A stretch of DNA of 64,000 nucleotides, taken from assembly GCA_951406725.2 (NCBI GenBank), contig OX597814.1, positions 87,110,001-87,174,000 of the forward strand, read 5' to 3'. Both the position numbers and the translations under genes were made by a program. Shown here piece by piece: positions 38,391 through 51,189 of this stretch; the first letter of the stretch is position 1, and each line of letters begins with the position of its first letter. The DNA comes from Octopus vulgaris (taxonomy: Eukaryota). The notes beneath the pieces were generated by a model. The model was given only the letters and a program-made list of their open reading frames with translations, was not told the origin of the DNA and did not search any database.

Positions 38391-38567
38391 ATATATACAT
38401 ATACACGATGGGCTTCTTTCAGTTACTGCCTACCAAATCCACTCACAAGGCTTTGGTCAGCCTGAGGCTATAGTAGAAGACATTTGCCCAAGGTGCCATT
38501 TAGTGGGACGGAACCCAGAATCATGCAGTTGGGAAGCAAGCTTCTTACCACACAGCCATATCTGCAC
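37998..38567 (-). mobile_element. tRNA-derived SINE (family A, copy 3) with expanded internal (TA)n/(TG)n
   Basis: Family A flanks around a ~200-nt microsatellite at 38200-38405. Confidence 0.88.
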
Positions 38568-38947
38568 CTGTCCATATTTTAAATTCTGATTTTCAAAAAT
38601 GAAATTAAAAAAGAGTGGAAATTTTAGAATTTATAATGGTGGTGGTGGTGTGTTTAAAAAATTAGAAACAAAATTTTTTTCGCATAATTGTATGAATTCC
38701 CGTGTAGAACAAATTTTCAAAAATTTTCTGAAAATTCCAAAAAATGAAAATGTTATGAGGGGTTATATCGAGTCTTAAAACAGAATTCTGCTGGTTAATT
38801 TTCTTATCCCAAAATATATGTGTATGAAATATTTGCATACTTGATATGGCAAGAACTTGAATAGGCTCCAGTACACAATGGCACTTTACAATAATTGGGT
38901 TGTACAAAGTAAAGATATTGCATTGCAATTTTTTTCTTTCTTTCCAG

Positions 38948-39136
38948 TTTGAAGGACAAGAAATTAGCCTTGATCCCAGAGTTGGCATTTTCATCACTAT
39001 GAACCCTGGATATGCTGGACGTACTGAACTTCCTGAATCAGTGAAGGCATTATTTCGTCCTGTTGTTGTTATTGTTCCTGATCTGCAGCAAATATGTGAG
39101 ATTATGCTTTTCTCTGAAGGATTTCTAATGGCTAAG
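38948..39136 (+). CDS. DNAH10: DNAH10 exon w20
   Basis: ttccag|TTT...AAG|gtaag; FITMNPGYAGRTELPESVKALFRP. Confidence 0.97.
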
Positions 39137-39314
39137 GTAAGTATACCAGAAATTGGTTATATTGAATTAGCTGAGTATCAGTGGGAATTGCTGCTGCTGG
39201 TTGTTGTTGGATTATTGCTACCAATGCATTTACTTTGATTCTTTGGACATGGGGCAGAAATCAGTGATGCCCTTTGCAGAAATCATTGCCCTGCAATGGA
39301 ATTAATTTACATAC

Positions 39315-39726
39315 TCTTTTACTCTTTTGCTCTTTTACTCTTTTATTTGTTTCAGTCATTTGACTGTGGCCTTGCTGGAGCACCGCCTTTAGTTGAGCAA
39401 ATCGACCCCAGGACTTATTCTTTGTAAGTCTAGTACTTATTCTATCGGTCTCTTTTGCCGAACTGCTAAGTTATGGGGATGTAAACACACCAGCATCGGT
39501 TGTCAAGCGATGTTGCGGGGGACAAACATAGACACACCAACAACACACATACATATACATATATATGATGGGCTTCTTTCAGTTTCCATCTACCAAGTCC
39601 ACTCACAAGGCTTTGGTCGGCCCGAGGCCATAGAAGACATTTGCCCAAAATGCCACGTAGTGGGACTGAACCCGGAACCATGTGGTTGGTAAGCAAGCTA
39701 CTTAGCACATAGCCACTCCTGCACCT
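39315..39726 (-). mobile_element. Full-length tRNA-derived SINE (family A, copy 4)
   Basis: Similarity to the other copies; (actctttt)n tail. Confidence 0.9.
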
Positions 39727-40499
39727 ACATGTAAATTATTTTAGAAAAAGTCATCAATGAAGGGCCGCCATTTCACTGATTTTAATTTACAGCAAATCCT
39801 TGGACCTCAAGAGCTTGCTGTCCTAGGTTGGTAGATAAAAGCCATGCCAGTTGTGGTCCTTTATCTGTTCTTTTTTTGTTGTTGTTAATACTATTTAGCA
39901 CCTGGTCAGTCTTGATCAAGTAGAGATATGATGATATTTCAGTAGTAATTGTCTTGTGTATTAAAAATTTTTTTTTTTTCAGTTATAGTGTATCTGGTGA
40001 ATTTTATTATCTAAAATATTCTTTTTTTTCTTAAAAATGGTGGAGGGTATTATGAGTGTGCCTACCAGATTGAGCAACTGTGTAGAGATTCTCTCATTGA
40101 TTCATCTTTTTTGTGTGTTTTTCTGACATGACTTTTGTAATATGTCCTTTTCTAAGATGGCAGAGCATGAGTTGAAGGATTTTTGAGTACTATTTCTAGT
40201 AAGTTAAATGGCTTTATCTTCTCAGCTAAGGTTGATTTCAAGAAGTTAGCTTCTCTGATGAAAGCAAATACATATATATAATGAACAGATCAAAAAGAAG
40301 CCATGTGGTGTTAGAATAGTCAAACAACTGTTTAGAAATGATCCAACCATAAAAATGAACATAGTGACAGAGGATTTGCATCTGTTTGTTATTTCATTTA
40401 CCTTGTGAAGTAGTCTGTGAATGAGTTGACTTAAAGTTAGCAACTTTATGGTGGTATTTACTGTGATTACATAAAATCTGTTATTTTATTACTTTTCAG

Positions 40500-40646
40500 A
40501 TATTGGCTAAGAAAATGACAGTCCTGTATAAACTGGCCAAAGAACAGCTCTCTAAGCAGTATCATTATGATTTTGGGTTGAGAGCTCTAAAATCAGTTTT
40601 AGTTATGGCTGGTGAGCTGAAACGACAGTCTTCTGATCTTCCTGAA
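40500..40646 (+). CDS. DNAH10: DNAH10 exon w21
   Basis: tttcag|ATA...GAA|gtaag; [20 protein letters not shown]. Confidence 0.97.
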
Positions 40647-42653
40647 GTAAGTTACTTTCATAATTTTGTCAGAATTGACATTAGTTCTAAAAATTATATA
40701 AGCCATTTTATTGTACCTGACATCAATTAATATTCTGGAAGATTAATATAAGATTGAAAATAGGATACATTTAAATACTTTTAACTAACTGTGAATGCAG
40801 AAATGAAGAACATAGTTTCACCAAAACTATATAATGTTAAGAACATATGATAAAGAATCAAAAACGAGTAACAAATGTATTTAGTATCCATGTGAATACA
40901 AGTGTTTATTGAATACAAAGTCACTTACACAATGATACAATGAGTAGATAGTTTCATTGATCAAACAATAGAATAGATTTCCATGCAAATGAACTTGATA
41001 ATAATTAATAGTAACCATATTATAATAGCTGGTGGCTTACATGGATATGTTGAGTAATGCTTAGCAGCTATTTTAGTGTGTATAACGGCTATTGATATGG
41101 TATGAGGAATAAGGTAAAATGAAGGCTCTTGGAGTTCTGTGATGCAAATGTAAACTATTTGCAATACTAGATATAGGAAACAAGCCACTATCTGATTGGT
41201 CTTCAATCAGGAGAATATGTAAGCCAGAGAGACTGCCTACTTACCAGGAACTGGGATAGGCTACTGTTTGTGACTAGTAGCTTCTTACCAATGAAGAATG
41301 TATATTATATATTACTGAGCTATACTGGTGATCAGCAATATCAGAATAAGAACTACACAGACACGAAAGACAATCAAGAAAAAAGTTCTAGAAACTAAGA
41401 GATCTCTTGGTCAGGCAACAGTTCAAAGAACAAGCTGTTGTATATTATGAGAAAAAAGGAAGATAGAGACCTATATTATATAAGACACCTGGAAGTTTCT
41501 ATGCAATGACTTGCTGTGAGCTACAGATCAGATCTCTAGGTGGAGAAATTCCAGACTGGCTGAAGGTAGTATTATGGTGGAATGGCACAGTAGCTAGATC
41601 TATAAAGGCTAAAAGACAAGCATAGAAAAATTAGAAGAAAAGGGGGAGAAAGGAACAATATGAGGTAACTTGAAGAGAAGTTAGACACATCATGATATAT
41701 GTAGAGTGAGGAGAAGCATATTGCAAGAGGTTTGCCAATATTCTGTGAAAAGATTGTCAGAGTTTTGAGGTATTTTTCAGATTGGAAAATAGTGTTTCAG
41801 TTTGAATCAAGATGTTGTGTACCTGTCACTGGCAGTGAGAATAGGCATGGAAATATAACTATGAAAGATAGCTGCTTGGGGAGAATGTTTGGGAAATAGA
41901 AAGGTGCTTCAAGTTAACCCAACCAAGGGATCAACTATAGAAAGTAACAGCTATATATAGCGGACAGTATTACGGATATTGAAGCAGTACAAATTGCTGG
42001 ACCTTCAGGAAGAGTTGATGAGACACTGAAAATATCTGACTAAATAGGATGCATATTCATTACTTGCATAGTCATTCAAGTAATATAGGGGGCATCATTC
42101 CTAATTATTGGTATAACATCAATGTCATCATAAAAGAGCAGAGGAGTTGTTCTAGAAAGAACAACTGCAATGACATTAAATTGATGAATCAGTTTACTAA
42201 AAGTGTTATAGTGCAACTAATTTGTCATTTACAAGCTCAGCAGGAGTTCTTACTTCATCTGTTACCCAGACAAAGGTAGAGACTAGCATATGATAAATAA
42301 GAAGCAGTACCTGTTCTTATTTGCATATCAGCACATTTGTTAGCAAATATTAACCAAAGTACTGAGACATCCTGTCTGTAGATAAAACATAAATTTACAT
42401 GTGTATGTATGTCTCCTCTGTCTGTCTGTTTGCCTGCCTGCCTGTCTATCTGTCTGCCTTTGTCTATCAGTTTGTTTGTCTCTCTCTTCCTCTCTTTTTC
42501 TCCCTCTCTCTCTCACCAAAACTATATAATGTTAAACGAAAAATAAAAATAAAATTTATTTAAAATATGATTCTGTAGTGCTTCTTGTTTATTAAAGTTA
42601 TTTTTTGTGATTTATGTGAAACTTTTATGATGTCTAACTGTTTCTTCTTTCAG

Positions 42654-42845
42654 GATGTTGTTTTGATGAGAGCCCTCAGAGATATGAATTTGCCAAAATT
42701 TGTTTTTGAAGATGTTCCTCTTTTCTTGGGTTTGATTTCTGACTTGTTCCCAGGTTTGGACTGTCCTCGTGTTGGCTATCCTGATTTCAACGGTGCAGTT
42801 GAAGAAGTTCTTTCAGAGAAGAATTTTATTGTTATACCCCAGCAG
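42654..42845 (+). CDS. DNAH10: DNAH10 exon w22
   Basis: tttcag|GAT...CAG|gtgaa; RALRDMNLPKFVFEDVPLFLGLISDLFPG. Confidence 0.97.
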
Positions 42846-42934
42846 GTGAAGAGCATCCTCACATTATAGAAGTATTGCATTGATGAAAATTTTGTAGTTA
42901 TTAGAAATGCTGTAATGCAAAGTGTATTTTCTCA

Positions 42935-43635
42935 TCTCAATAATACTAAAACTCTAGAGATGTTTGTGTGTACCCAAAATATCCCAGAAATAGTATATTT
43001 TATCTTAATTTCTTATGCAAATTTATTTTCATACTTACCTTTGGCAGTAAAATTAAAATTTTTGTGATATTTGGACCTCTATTTAAACGATTAAACACAA
43101 TTTTTGTTTGTTATTTCTTGACAGAAAAAAAACATGACTTCTGTGACATCAACTCACATACAGAATACTCACACATATAATGAATGTCATGGTGTGTCAA
43201 TTGACACAAACCCACGTCTGCTGTCTATGACATATACACACACATAGTTTTCGTGCTCTCTAAGAAAAAGACAAAAAACGTTGACTTTTTGACATACACA
43301 ATATTTTAATCATTTAGAAATATTTTTAACTGAATGCAATTTCATCATCTGGAGTTCATTAATTTCCATGAAAAATTTTTATTTATTTATTTTTGTTTTA
43401 AAATGAAAGATGTATGTACATGTTTATAAAATTGACATGTGTGTGTGAAAGAGAGAGTGAGAGAGAGAGGAAGAGAGGGAGAGAAAAAGAGAGAGAGTGA
43501 GTGAAGAGGTGTGTTGTCATGTATGTGTACATACATCAATACATATGCTTACATATTTTTTGTATGTACATGTGCATGTGCATGTGACAGAGAGAGTGAG
43601 TGGCTGAACGTGTTGTCTCATGTATGTGTAAGTGG

Positions 43636-43666
<31 letters not shown>

Positions 43667-43930
43667 GTCCATTTCATATACATGTTCATACATCTTTCAC
43701 TTTCTCTTTTCTTTCACTTTAAAACAAAAGTAATAGGTGATTTTCATGATAAAAATTGTTAAAAAAATACTTTTACTCATGTAAATTGATTACTATTCTT
43801 TGGATAGTTCCAATTAAATAAGTCTAGAAGTTAGGTTAAATATATATATACATGCATAAGTACCATGAATTCCCATTTTACAAACAATTCTGTGAATACT
43901 TTACCTGGCGATGCTGGGTAGCAAGTCTAG
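42935..43930 (+). mobile_element. Non-autonomous Helitron-like element (~1 kb)
   Basis: 5' a|TCtcaataatactaaaa; 3' hairpin acctggc-gat-gctgggt then CTAG|t; no TSD; the 5' end is less certain. Confidence 0.65.
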
Positions 43931-44112
43931 TTGACTTCTAAGTTTATTGATTTACATCAAAATCAGTTGTAGAATAGGTTTCATGTTATGAAACTCCATG
44001 TTATAGCAAGATTTTCAAGAATGCAACACTTCCTTGATGCAGCAGGAGGAGATGCTTGTATTTAAAAATAAGATACTGCACTAAAATTCAAATTAATTCC
44101 ATTATAGTGTTA

Positions 44113-44258
44113 CTGTATTTTCCAGCATACAAGTCACATAGTCTATAGTGCAAATGTAGTGTAAGCATTCAAATATCATCACTATCTTGCCAAATCATGT
44201 TACGTTTCAGATGGAATTTTTGACCCCAAAAATTTGACTTGTATGTTGGAAAATATAG
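44113..44258. mobile_element. pogo/Tigger-type MITE (146 bp)
   Basis: TA|ctgtattttccagcatacaagtca ... tgacttgtatgttggaaaatatag|TA. Confidence 0.85.
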
Positions 44259-44734
44259 TATGTATTATATGAGCTGAATGGTCCTTAACCTATTCATGAC
44301 TAGTTTTTTTCTTATGAAATATTTTACATATGAACTTAGAATATATCTTAGCAAAAAGGATTTTTATGTAAAGTTATGAGTAACAGTTTTAATTTAAATA
44401 TGAACAACTTAAAACTAGAAGTTTATATCATAGTGTTAGAAATAGTTTCAGGTGGATTGAAAATTTTGATTTAATTAACAAAAATTTTAATACAAATACA
44501 TTATTGTAGTAGAATCTGGTTGTTTTGAAATCATAGAAAAGTGATGAAAGAGTGACCTGCAGTTGTTGAATCATGTACTAAAACTATTAACAAGTGCCTA
44601 AAACTGGAATACTGCTTCAAATGTGAATCATTATTTTTGCAAAGTTTGATAAAGTTGAAATATGTCGATGTTTGCACTGGATAGAAATTTAATGATATCG
44701 CTATTTTACAATATTTTTATACTTGTCTTTAAAG

Positions 44735-44853
44735 GTTGATAAAGTTGTTCAGCTTTATGAAACTATGATGACTCGGCATACCACAATGGTTGTAGGACCA
44801 ACTGGTGGTGGAAAATCTGTTGTTATCAAAGCATTGGTTAATGCACAAACAAG
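44735..44853 (+). CDS. DNAH10: DNAH10 exon w23 (AAA2 Walker A)
   Basis: tttaaag|GTT...AG|gtagg; VDKVVQLYETMMTRHTTMVVGPTGGGKS. Confidence 0.96.
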
Positions 44854-45247
44854 GTAGGTTTATTCTATTATTTTGACAGAAATATTGGAGGGCAAAAGGG
44901 AAAAGGTGACGGTTGAGATTGGAGAGTGTTGATGTGGGAACTTTACTGTAGCTATTTTTTTTATTTAAAGAACAAATAATCAATTCATTAACTACAAGAA
45001 ATAAACCAATGAGACAGTTGAAAAAGGTTACTATTTGTGTGTGCAACATATGTGCATACACATCTATATCTTGAATCATTTTAATTTTCATGTTTTTTGA
45101 TACTAACAGAAAATTTGGAAATCATGTTTATCTTGGTGGTTGACATCGTTGTGAAGATTAAGGAAGTTGTTTACATATCAATAAGTCTTTCATCTTTAGT
45201 TAATTTTACAATGTCATCCCATCAAGTTCTTAGGAATTCACCTCATA

Positions 45248-45800
45248 ATCATCAACATCATCATCATCATTTAATGTTCGCTCTCCATGCTGGCATTGGT
45301 TGGATGGTTTGACATGGAGCTGCCCAGACTCCAGCTCTCTGTTGTGGTATGGTTTCTATGATTGGATGCCTTTTCAAATGCCATCTACTTAGCAGAGTGT
45401 GCTGGGTGCTTTTTATGTGCCACCAGCATGGGTGTGATTACACAGCTCTGGCATGGATACATTAATGCAGCACTGGCACAAATGCTTTTTAAGTGGAACT
45501 GGTACTTGAAAGACAAGCCTGTATGTGTGGAAGGCAGTGATTTTACTCAGCTTCACTTGTCTTATCAAGTACAGCAAATTGCTACATCTCTTAGTCCCTT
45601 GTTATTTCTTCATTGAGGCCCAGTGTCCAAAGATACTTTCTCACCACTTTGTTCCATGCCTTCATGGGTTTACCTCTTCCACAAGTACTCTCCACAATTA
45701 GAGCTTGGCTCTTCTTTATGCAGCTGTCCTTAGTCATATGAACCACATGACCAAACCAGCACAGTCTTCTCCCTTGCATACAACATCTGACATCTCTTAT
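45248..45800 (-). mobile_element. Decayed RTE LINE 3' end (ORF end plus UTR)
   Basis: RRLCWFGHVVHM...GRGKPMKAWNKVV; tail resembles 28900-29100. Confidence 0.8.
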
Positions 45801-45931
45801 ACTCTGTTTTCTTCTTGAATGATTGTTAAGATAAATGTGTTTATGAGATTTGTTGTTAATAGCACTAATGGAGTACAGCCAGAAGTTGTATTATTAACAT
45901 TTTCATGAAATACTTTAATTAGTAGGGTCAT

Positions 45932-45962
<31 letters not shown>

Positions 45963-46702
45963 TTATTTATTTATATCATGCATTTTGGGAATAACAGCAA
46001 CATTTGTTATAGGTTTCCAATAGTATAATCATTGTGTCACTGCATTTTAAATTTCAAAAGTAATAAAGATGTATCTGCACAACATAGATTGAATAAATGC
46101 TATACATTTTTATTTGATATACTGGTTAGCATTAATTTTCTTTTGCCAATCTGTATATCTTATACCAATATATGTAAAAAAACAAAAAAAAACTGTCACT
46201 ATGCTCTTTACAACAACAAGAGTTCCAGTTGATCTGATTAATAGAACAGCCTGCTCATGAAATTAACATACAAGTGACTGAGCATTCTTCTAGTATGTGT
46301 ACCCTTAACATAGTTCTCAGGAAGATTCAGATTGCCATGACACAGAATGTGACAAGGCTGGCCATTTGAAATACAGGTACAACTCGTTTTTGCCAACTGA
46401 GTGGACTGGAGCAACATCAAATAATGTTTTGCTCAAGGATGCAATGTGCCACCAGGAATGGAACTCACAACTGTGAGCCAAACCCTAATATACATACATA
46501 TCTGCAGGATTATATGCACACACACAAATCTAAGTATATCTGAATGTGAAGGCACAGGCATGGCTGCATGGCTAAGAAGCTTGCTTCCCAACTACGTGGT
46601 TTCAGGTTCAGTCCTACTGCATGCCTCGTGCCTTCTGCTATAGCCTTAGGTCAACCAAGGCTTTGTAAGTGAATTTGCAAGCCAGAAGCTGAAAATAAAC
46701 AT

Positions 46703-46707
46703 GCACA

Positions 46708-46791
<84 letters not shown>

Positions 46792-46802
46792 CACACACAC
46801 AC
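46703..46802. repeat. (GCAC)n-(CA)n microsatellite
   Basis: Seen directly. Confidence 0.95.
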
Positions 46803-47022
46803 AATCATGCAGTGTCAAGACACACATGTACACATTCAGTGACCATCTAATTGAGACACATTGTTCTTTTCTCACACCACTTTTTTTCTCTCCTCATTTT
46901 TCTTTCTGTAAAGAAACATATGCTCAAAATGTAAAAGACTTTTCCTTTTTATTTTCCGGAGTTTAAACCTAATATACTGTTTATTTGTTCTTTTACTTGT
47001 GTGTGTGTATGTGTGTATATAT

Positions 47023-47440
47023 ATCATCATCATCATTATCCAGTGTTTTAAATCCGAGTTTTGTTCCCGTTAACGGGGGGTGGCCAGAACTACCTCAATG
47101 CCATAGCAACTTCCCTCACACCATCTTGCCCAGTTTTTGGTATCCTCCCTTCTTGAGCTAACCCTCCCAATCTCCTCCCCACCTGTCCCCCTCCACGTTT
47201 TCCTCAGTCTACCTTGCTTTCGCGGTCCATTTACCTCAAACTCAAGCACCCTCCTCAGAACATGCTCCTCATCCTTCCTCAATACATGCCTATACCACCA
47301 CACTCCATTCACCCTTGCCAGCCATTCCATTGATTCCTCCAAACCCAGTATCTCCATCAAGTCCTCAATCCTCTTCTTGTTAAACAGCTTCACACCACAC
47401 ATTTCTCTTACCATTGGTCTCTTGGTCCTTCTGAAAATTG
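47023..47440 (-). mobile_element. RTE LINE 3' fragment (distinct family)
   Basis: MVREMCGVKL...VWWYRHVLRK...GPRKQGRLRKTW; (GAT)n tail. Confidence 0.8.
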
Positions 47441-47540
47441 CTTTCTCATATACACACACACACACACACACATACACACACACACACCACATACACACAC
47501 ACACACACACACACATACACACACACACACATACACACAC

Positions 47541-48233
47541 TACTACTATGGCAATCCCTCAAGGTCGAGGATGATGGTCTTCGCGCAAATTTATTGGTGA
47601 GTCCGCAGGTGACTGATAAGACCAATTCTTGCTCGAAAAGATTGGTCACAGTGCGGACATCTAGTGCCGGAAGGGAGAGTCGCACGTGGTTGTTGTTGGC
47701 ACTCCTTCTGTCGTCGTCTTTTCTCCTCCAGCTTTGCAGACCTTTTCGACTCGAAATTCGCCGTTCCCTCATGGATGGCGGTTTTCCAGAGTGGTCTGTT
47801 TTTTGCCATTTCCTCCCAGTTGGTGAAGTCAATGTCACACTTTTTGAGGTTCGATTTCAGGGAGTCCTTGTAGCATTTCTTCTGGCCTCCTTTTGTACGC
47901 TTGCCGTCTTTGAGTTGGGAGTAGAAGATCTGTTTGGGAAGTCGTTCGTCAGTCATTCTAACCACGTGGCCGCTCCATCTTAGTTGGCCTTTGATGACAT
48001 AGGCTTCGATGCTGGTCATTTTTGCTTCTTGTAGCACGCTGACGTTAGTTCTTCTGTCTTCCCAGGATCTTCCGAAGACAGTGTTGGTGAAATTTCTCGA
48101 GCGTTTTCAGGTGGTGACTATACGGGGTCCAGGTTTCGGATGCATAAAGGAGGGTTGGAATAATGACTGCCCTGTACACCATGAGTTTGGTTTCGGTTCG
48201 GATGTCCCGATCAGCAAAAACTCTTGTTCGAAG
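47541..48233 (-). mobile_element. 5'-truncated RTE (BovB-like) LINE with C-terminal C2H2 finger, inserted in a (CA)n tract
   Basis: VYRAVIIPTLLYASETW; QLRWSGHVVRM..ERLPKQIFY; CPHC..FRARIGLISHLRTH; short (TAG)n tail; frameshift near 48040-48060. Confidence 0.9.
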
Positions 48234-48397
48234 CATACACACACACGCACACACACACATGCACACACACACACTCACACACACTCACATTTACATATGT
48301 GTGCATCAAATTATCTCATTATTATGAGATTAAATCCTGTCAAAATTGACTTTGACTCTAGTTGATGAGTACCAGTAATATACTATGGTTGATTTAA

Positions 48398-48617
48398 CCC
48401 TTTTGTTACCATATTTCTGTTAACATATGCTGCCTTGGTTTAAATTAATTTTTAAAATAACGAAGAATTTAGTAAAATAACTTTCTAATTAGTAAGCTGA
48501 GGTCTGGAAAAAATTAGCATAAAATTTTGATGGAAGTCTATAATTCAGACCACTTTAAAACAGTAAGTTTATGTCATAAAAGTTGGGGTGGTCTCATGCA
48601 GGTTAGTATCAAAAGGG
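48398..48617. mobile_element. piggyBac-type MITE (220 bp) with TTAA TSD
   Basis: TTAA|cccttttgttac ... gtatcaaaaggg|TTAA. Confidence 0.88.
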
Positions 48618-48777
48618 TTAATTGACTAGAGCTTTTTGTCTGCAGCAAATTCACTTCAGAACAATGTGATAAGAAATTAGTATCGGAAACTAAAAAATGG
48701 AATTAAACGTAATTAAAGTTATTGAATGGTGATCATACTTGTTGTTATTGAATACCTTTCTTCTTTAACGATTACAG

Positions 48778-49072
48778 ACTTGGCTTGCCTACAAAACTTT
48801 TTATAATAAACCCCAAGGATCGCAGTGTTATTGATCTATATGGTATTTTGGACCCCAGCACACGTGATTGGACCGATGGATTGTTGTCAAATATTTTCAG
48901 AGACATCAATAAAGTTTCAGAAAAAAAAGAACGAAAATACATCTTGTTTGATGGAGATGTTGATGCATTGTGGGTAGAAAATATGAACTCTGTAATGGAT
49001 GACAACCGTTTGCTTACGCTGGCTAATGGAGAACGTATACGTCTACAGAAACAATGTGCACTCCTTTTTGAA
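48778..49072 (+). CDS. DNAH10: DNAH10 exon w24
   Basis: ttacag|A...GAA|gtatg; INPK...WTDGLLS...FDGDVDALWVENMNSVMDDNRLLTLANGERI. Confidence 0.97.
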
Positions 49073-50654
49073 GTATGTCTAACACTTTGTATTATCATTG
49101 TGGTCATCAGTGGCATCAACATCATCAGCATCATTGTTGATGTCGCCACCACCACCTCTACCATCAATATCATCATCATTCATTCATCTATTCATATATT
49201 TTCCCATTCTGATATGGATTGAACAAATTTCAGTATGTCTCATCATTCATCATGAATCTTTACATATGGTACACACTGCAAAAGAAATCCCCCCCACACA
49301 CACATACAACCAACACACTGATGTTGTATATGACACATCATTTTTGATATGGTTTTTATGACTGGATGATCTTCTTATCACCAACTACTTTGCAGCATAG
49401 ATTTGGTGCATTTCATCATGCTTTCAGCATTATAAAAGCTATCTGTAGTAGGATCAAGGAGCTGTGTCTGCCCTTCCTCCATTCATTAATCCCATTTTTA
49501 TAGCTGAATGGTCTTCCTATCCCCAATTACTTTACTGTGTGAAATGGTTGCATTTGGTAGTATAACCAACTGTAGACAGGTAGACCCTGGTCTAACTAAA
49601 GAGTCCTGTCTATCCTCCAATGTTTCTGTGTATGTGTGTGTAGATATTAGTAAATCATTAGTTGTCTAATGCTTTGTATACAGGTACAAGTTCTTCTTTT
49701 TCTTGTTTTTGTTTTGCCCTAGCTCAGATTTAACTGAACAGACCTGTGAACAAAAGCATTCCAGTCATGACCATATCCTGTTTTTTCAGGCAGAGTTTAT
49801 CTAGTATTACATTATGCAGTGTGTCCTTGAAATATGTATTTTTTGAAGTTGAGTGTAACTCAAGGGGTTGCTATTTTTAGCAAGTTGAACAGCCATGTTG
49901 AGGTTCCCTTGCTGGTTCATAATTGTGTAGACCCTAGTGGTAGCTACAGTCATGATGAGCAATGTGGACATGACCAAAATGTGATGGTTGTTTTCCTTTA
50001 GTGCTTATTTCAGGGGGTGTACATGCTAACACAGCAACTGGAATCAGAACATTAATGGTGCATATATTTGGGTGTGTAATTTTTTTGCTGTTTTACTAAG
50101 GATTAGATGGATGAAACATTGTTTTTAAGCTGGTGAAATAATAGTTTTCTGGGATTGTTGTTGGTGTGTCTGGATATTTGGGGGTAATTCAGTATGCAAT
50201 AGCAGGGATTGTGTAGATTAGATTTTGCAATGAAAACATTTATACCTCTCACATATCTAGATAGTCTTTTGTTTTGTGTATTTTCTGGTTTATGAGTGTT
50301 ATCAGGCAGTGTGCAATTTAGATTTTTTTTCAGTCTATTATATGCTATGAGAAATTGAGAACCAAAGCAGGACTGGTATTATCCAAACAATACATTATGT
50401 CCCTCTGTAATGAATGTAATTTAACTGTTTTTGTTTTCCCCTTTAGTGTGTTATATGTGCTGAAAACATTGTGGAAGGGTTATTAGTAATTTTCGTTTAT
50501 CCTCTGTGTGACGTAGTAATGCTGTGTGTGATGTTTGGTTGTGTTTTATATACTTTGTTGTTGCTGATAAAGTCCATTAGAATAATTGAAAGCAGTTACT
50601 GAATTTGGTAGCTCTAAGCTTTAACTACTTTTAATATGTAACTATATTGAGAGA

Positions 50655-50870
50655 GTGATTGCTTGGCAGAATTGGTTGAGTCATGAACCAAATGCTTTGC
50701 AGTATTTTGTTGTATATCTTTACACTCTGAATTCAAATTCCATTTTGGCTGACTTTGCTTTTCCTCCTTCCGAGGTTTAATAGAACAAGTACCAGTCAAG
50801 TACTGGGTTAACTGGATCAACTGCTCTCAGCGCATAATTTTTGACCTTGTACCTAAGTTAGATATCAATA
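50655..50870 (+). mobile_element. Decayed Nin/Deu-domain SINE
   Basis: ttggcagaat head; ctccttccgaggtttaatagaacaagtaccag core. Confidence 0.7.
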
Positions 50871-51189
50871 TGTATTTGTAGCAAAGTATTCTTTATTTCA
50901 CTATAGGGACACAAACCATTGATGCCTTCATCAACTTTGCCTGCTACAGCATCTGCTATTTAAAAAATTGTGTGTGTGTGTATGATATATATATATATAT
51001 AAATGTACCTTGTTTTGTCAATGCAGAGAAACAGAGTGATACGAGTGATACTTAAATTATAGGATACAATGTGCAATGTGTTGATGTGATTTGAAAGATT
51101 ATGAAGATCTTATCTCTATATGTTGAACTACTAATATTTACTGCTTATGTTATATGTCCTTTCTATTTCTGATTTCCCTGTTATTATAG

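Noticed and set aside
38110-38589. Tyr/Ile-rich ORFs
   Set aside because: (TA)n expansion inside a SINE
44729-45091. 120-aa minus-strand ORF (likewise 48772-49179 and 38662-38997)
   Set aside because: Antisense to dynein exons plus AT-rich intron; no independent coding signal
46900-46945. Possible third hammerhead (ctgtaaagaaacatatgctcaaaatgtaaaag)
   Set aside because: Both catalytic boxes and stem II are broken; cannot be supported from this copy alone
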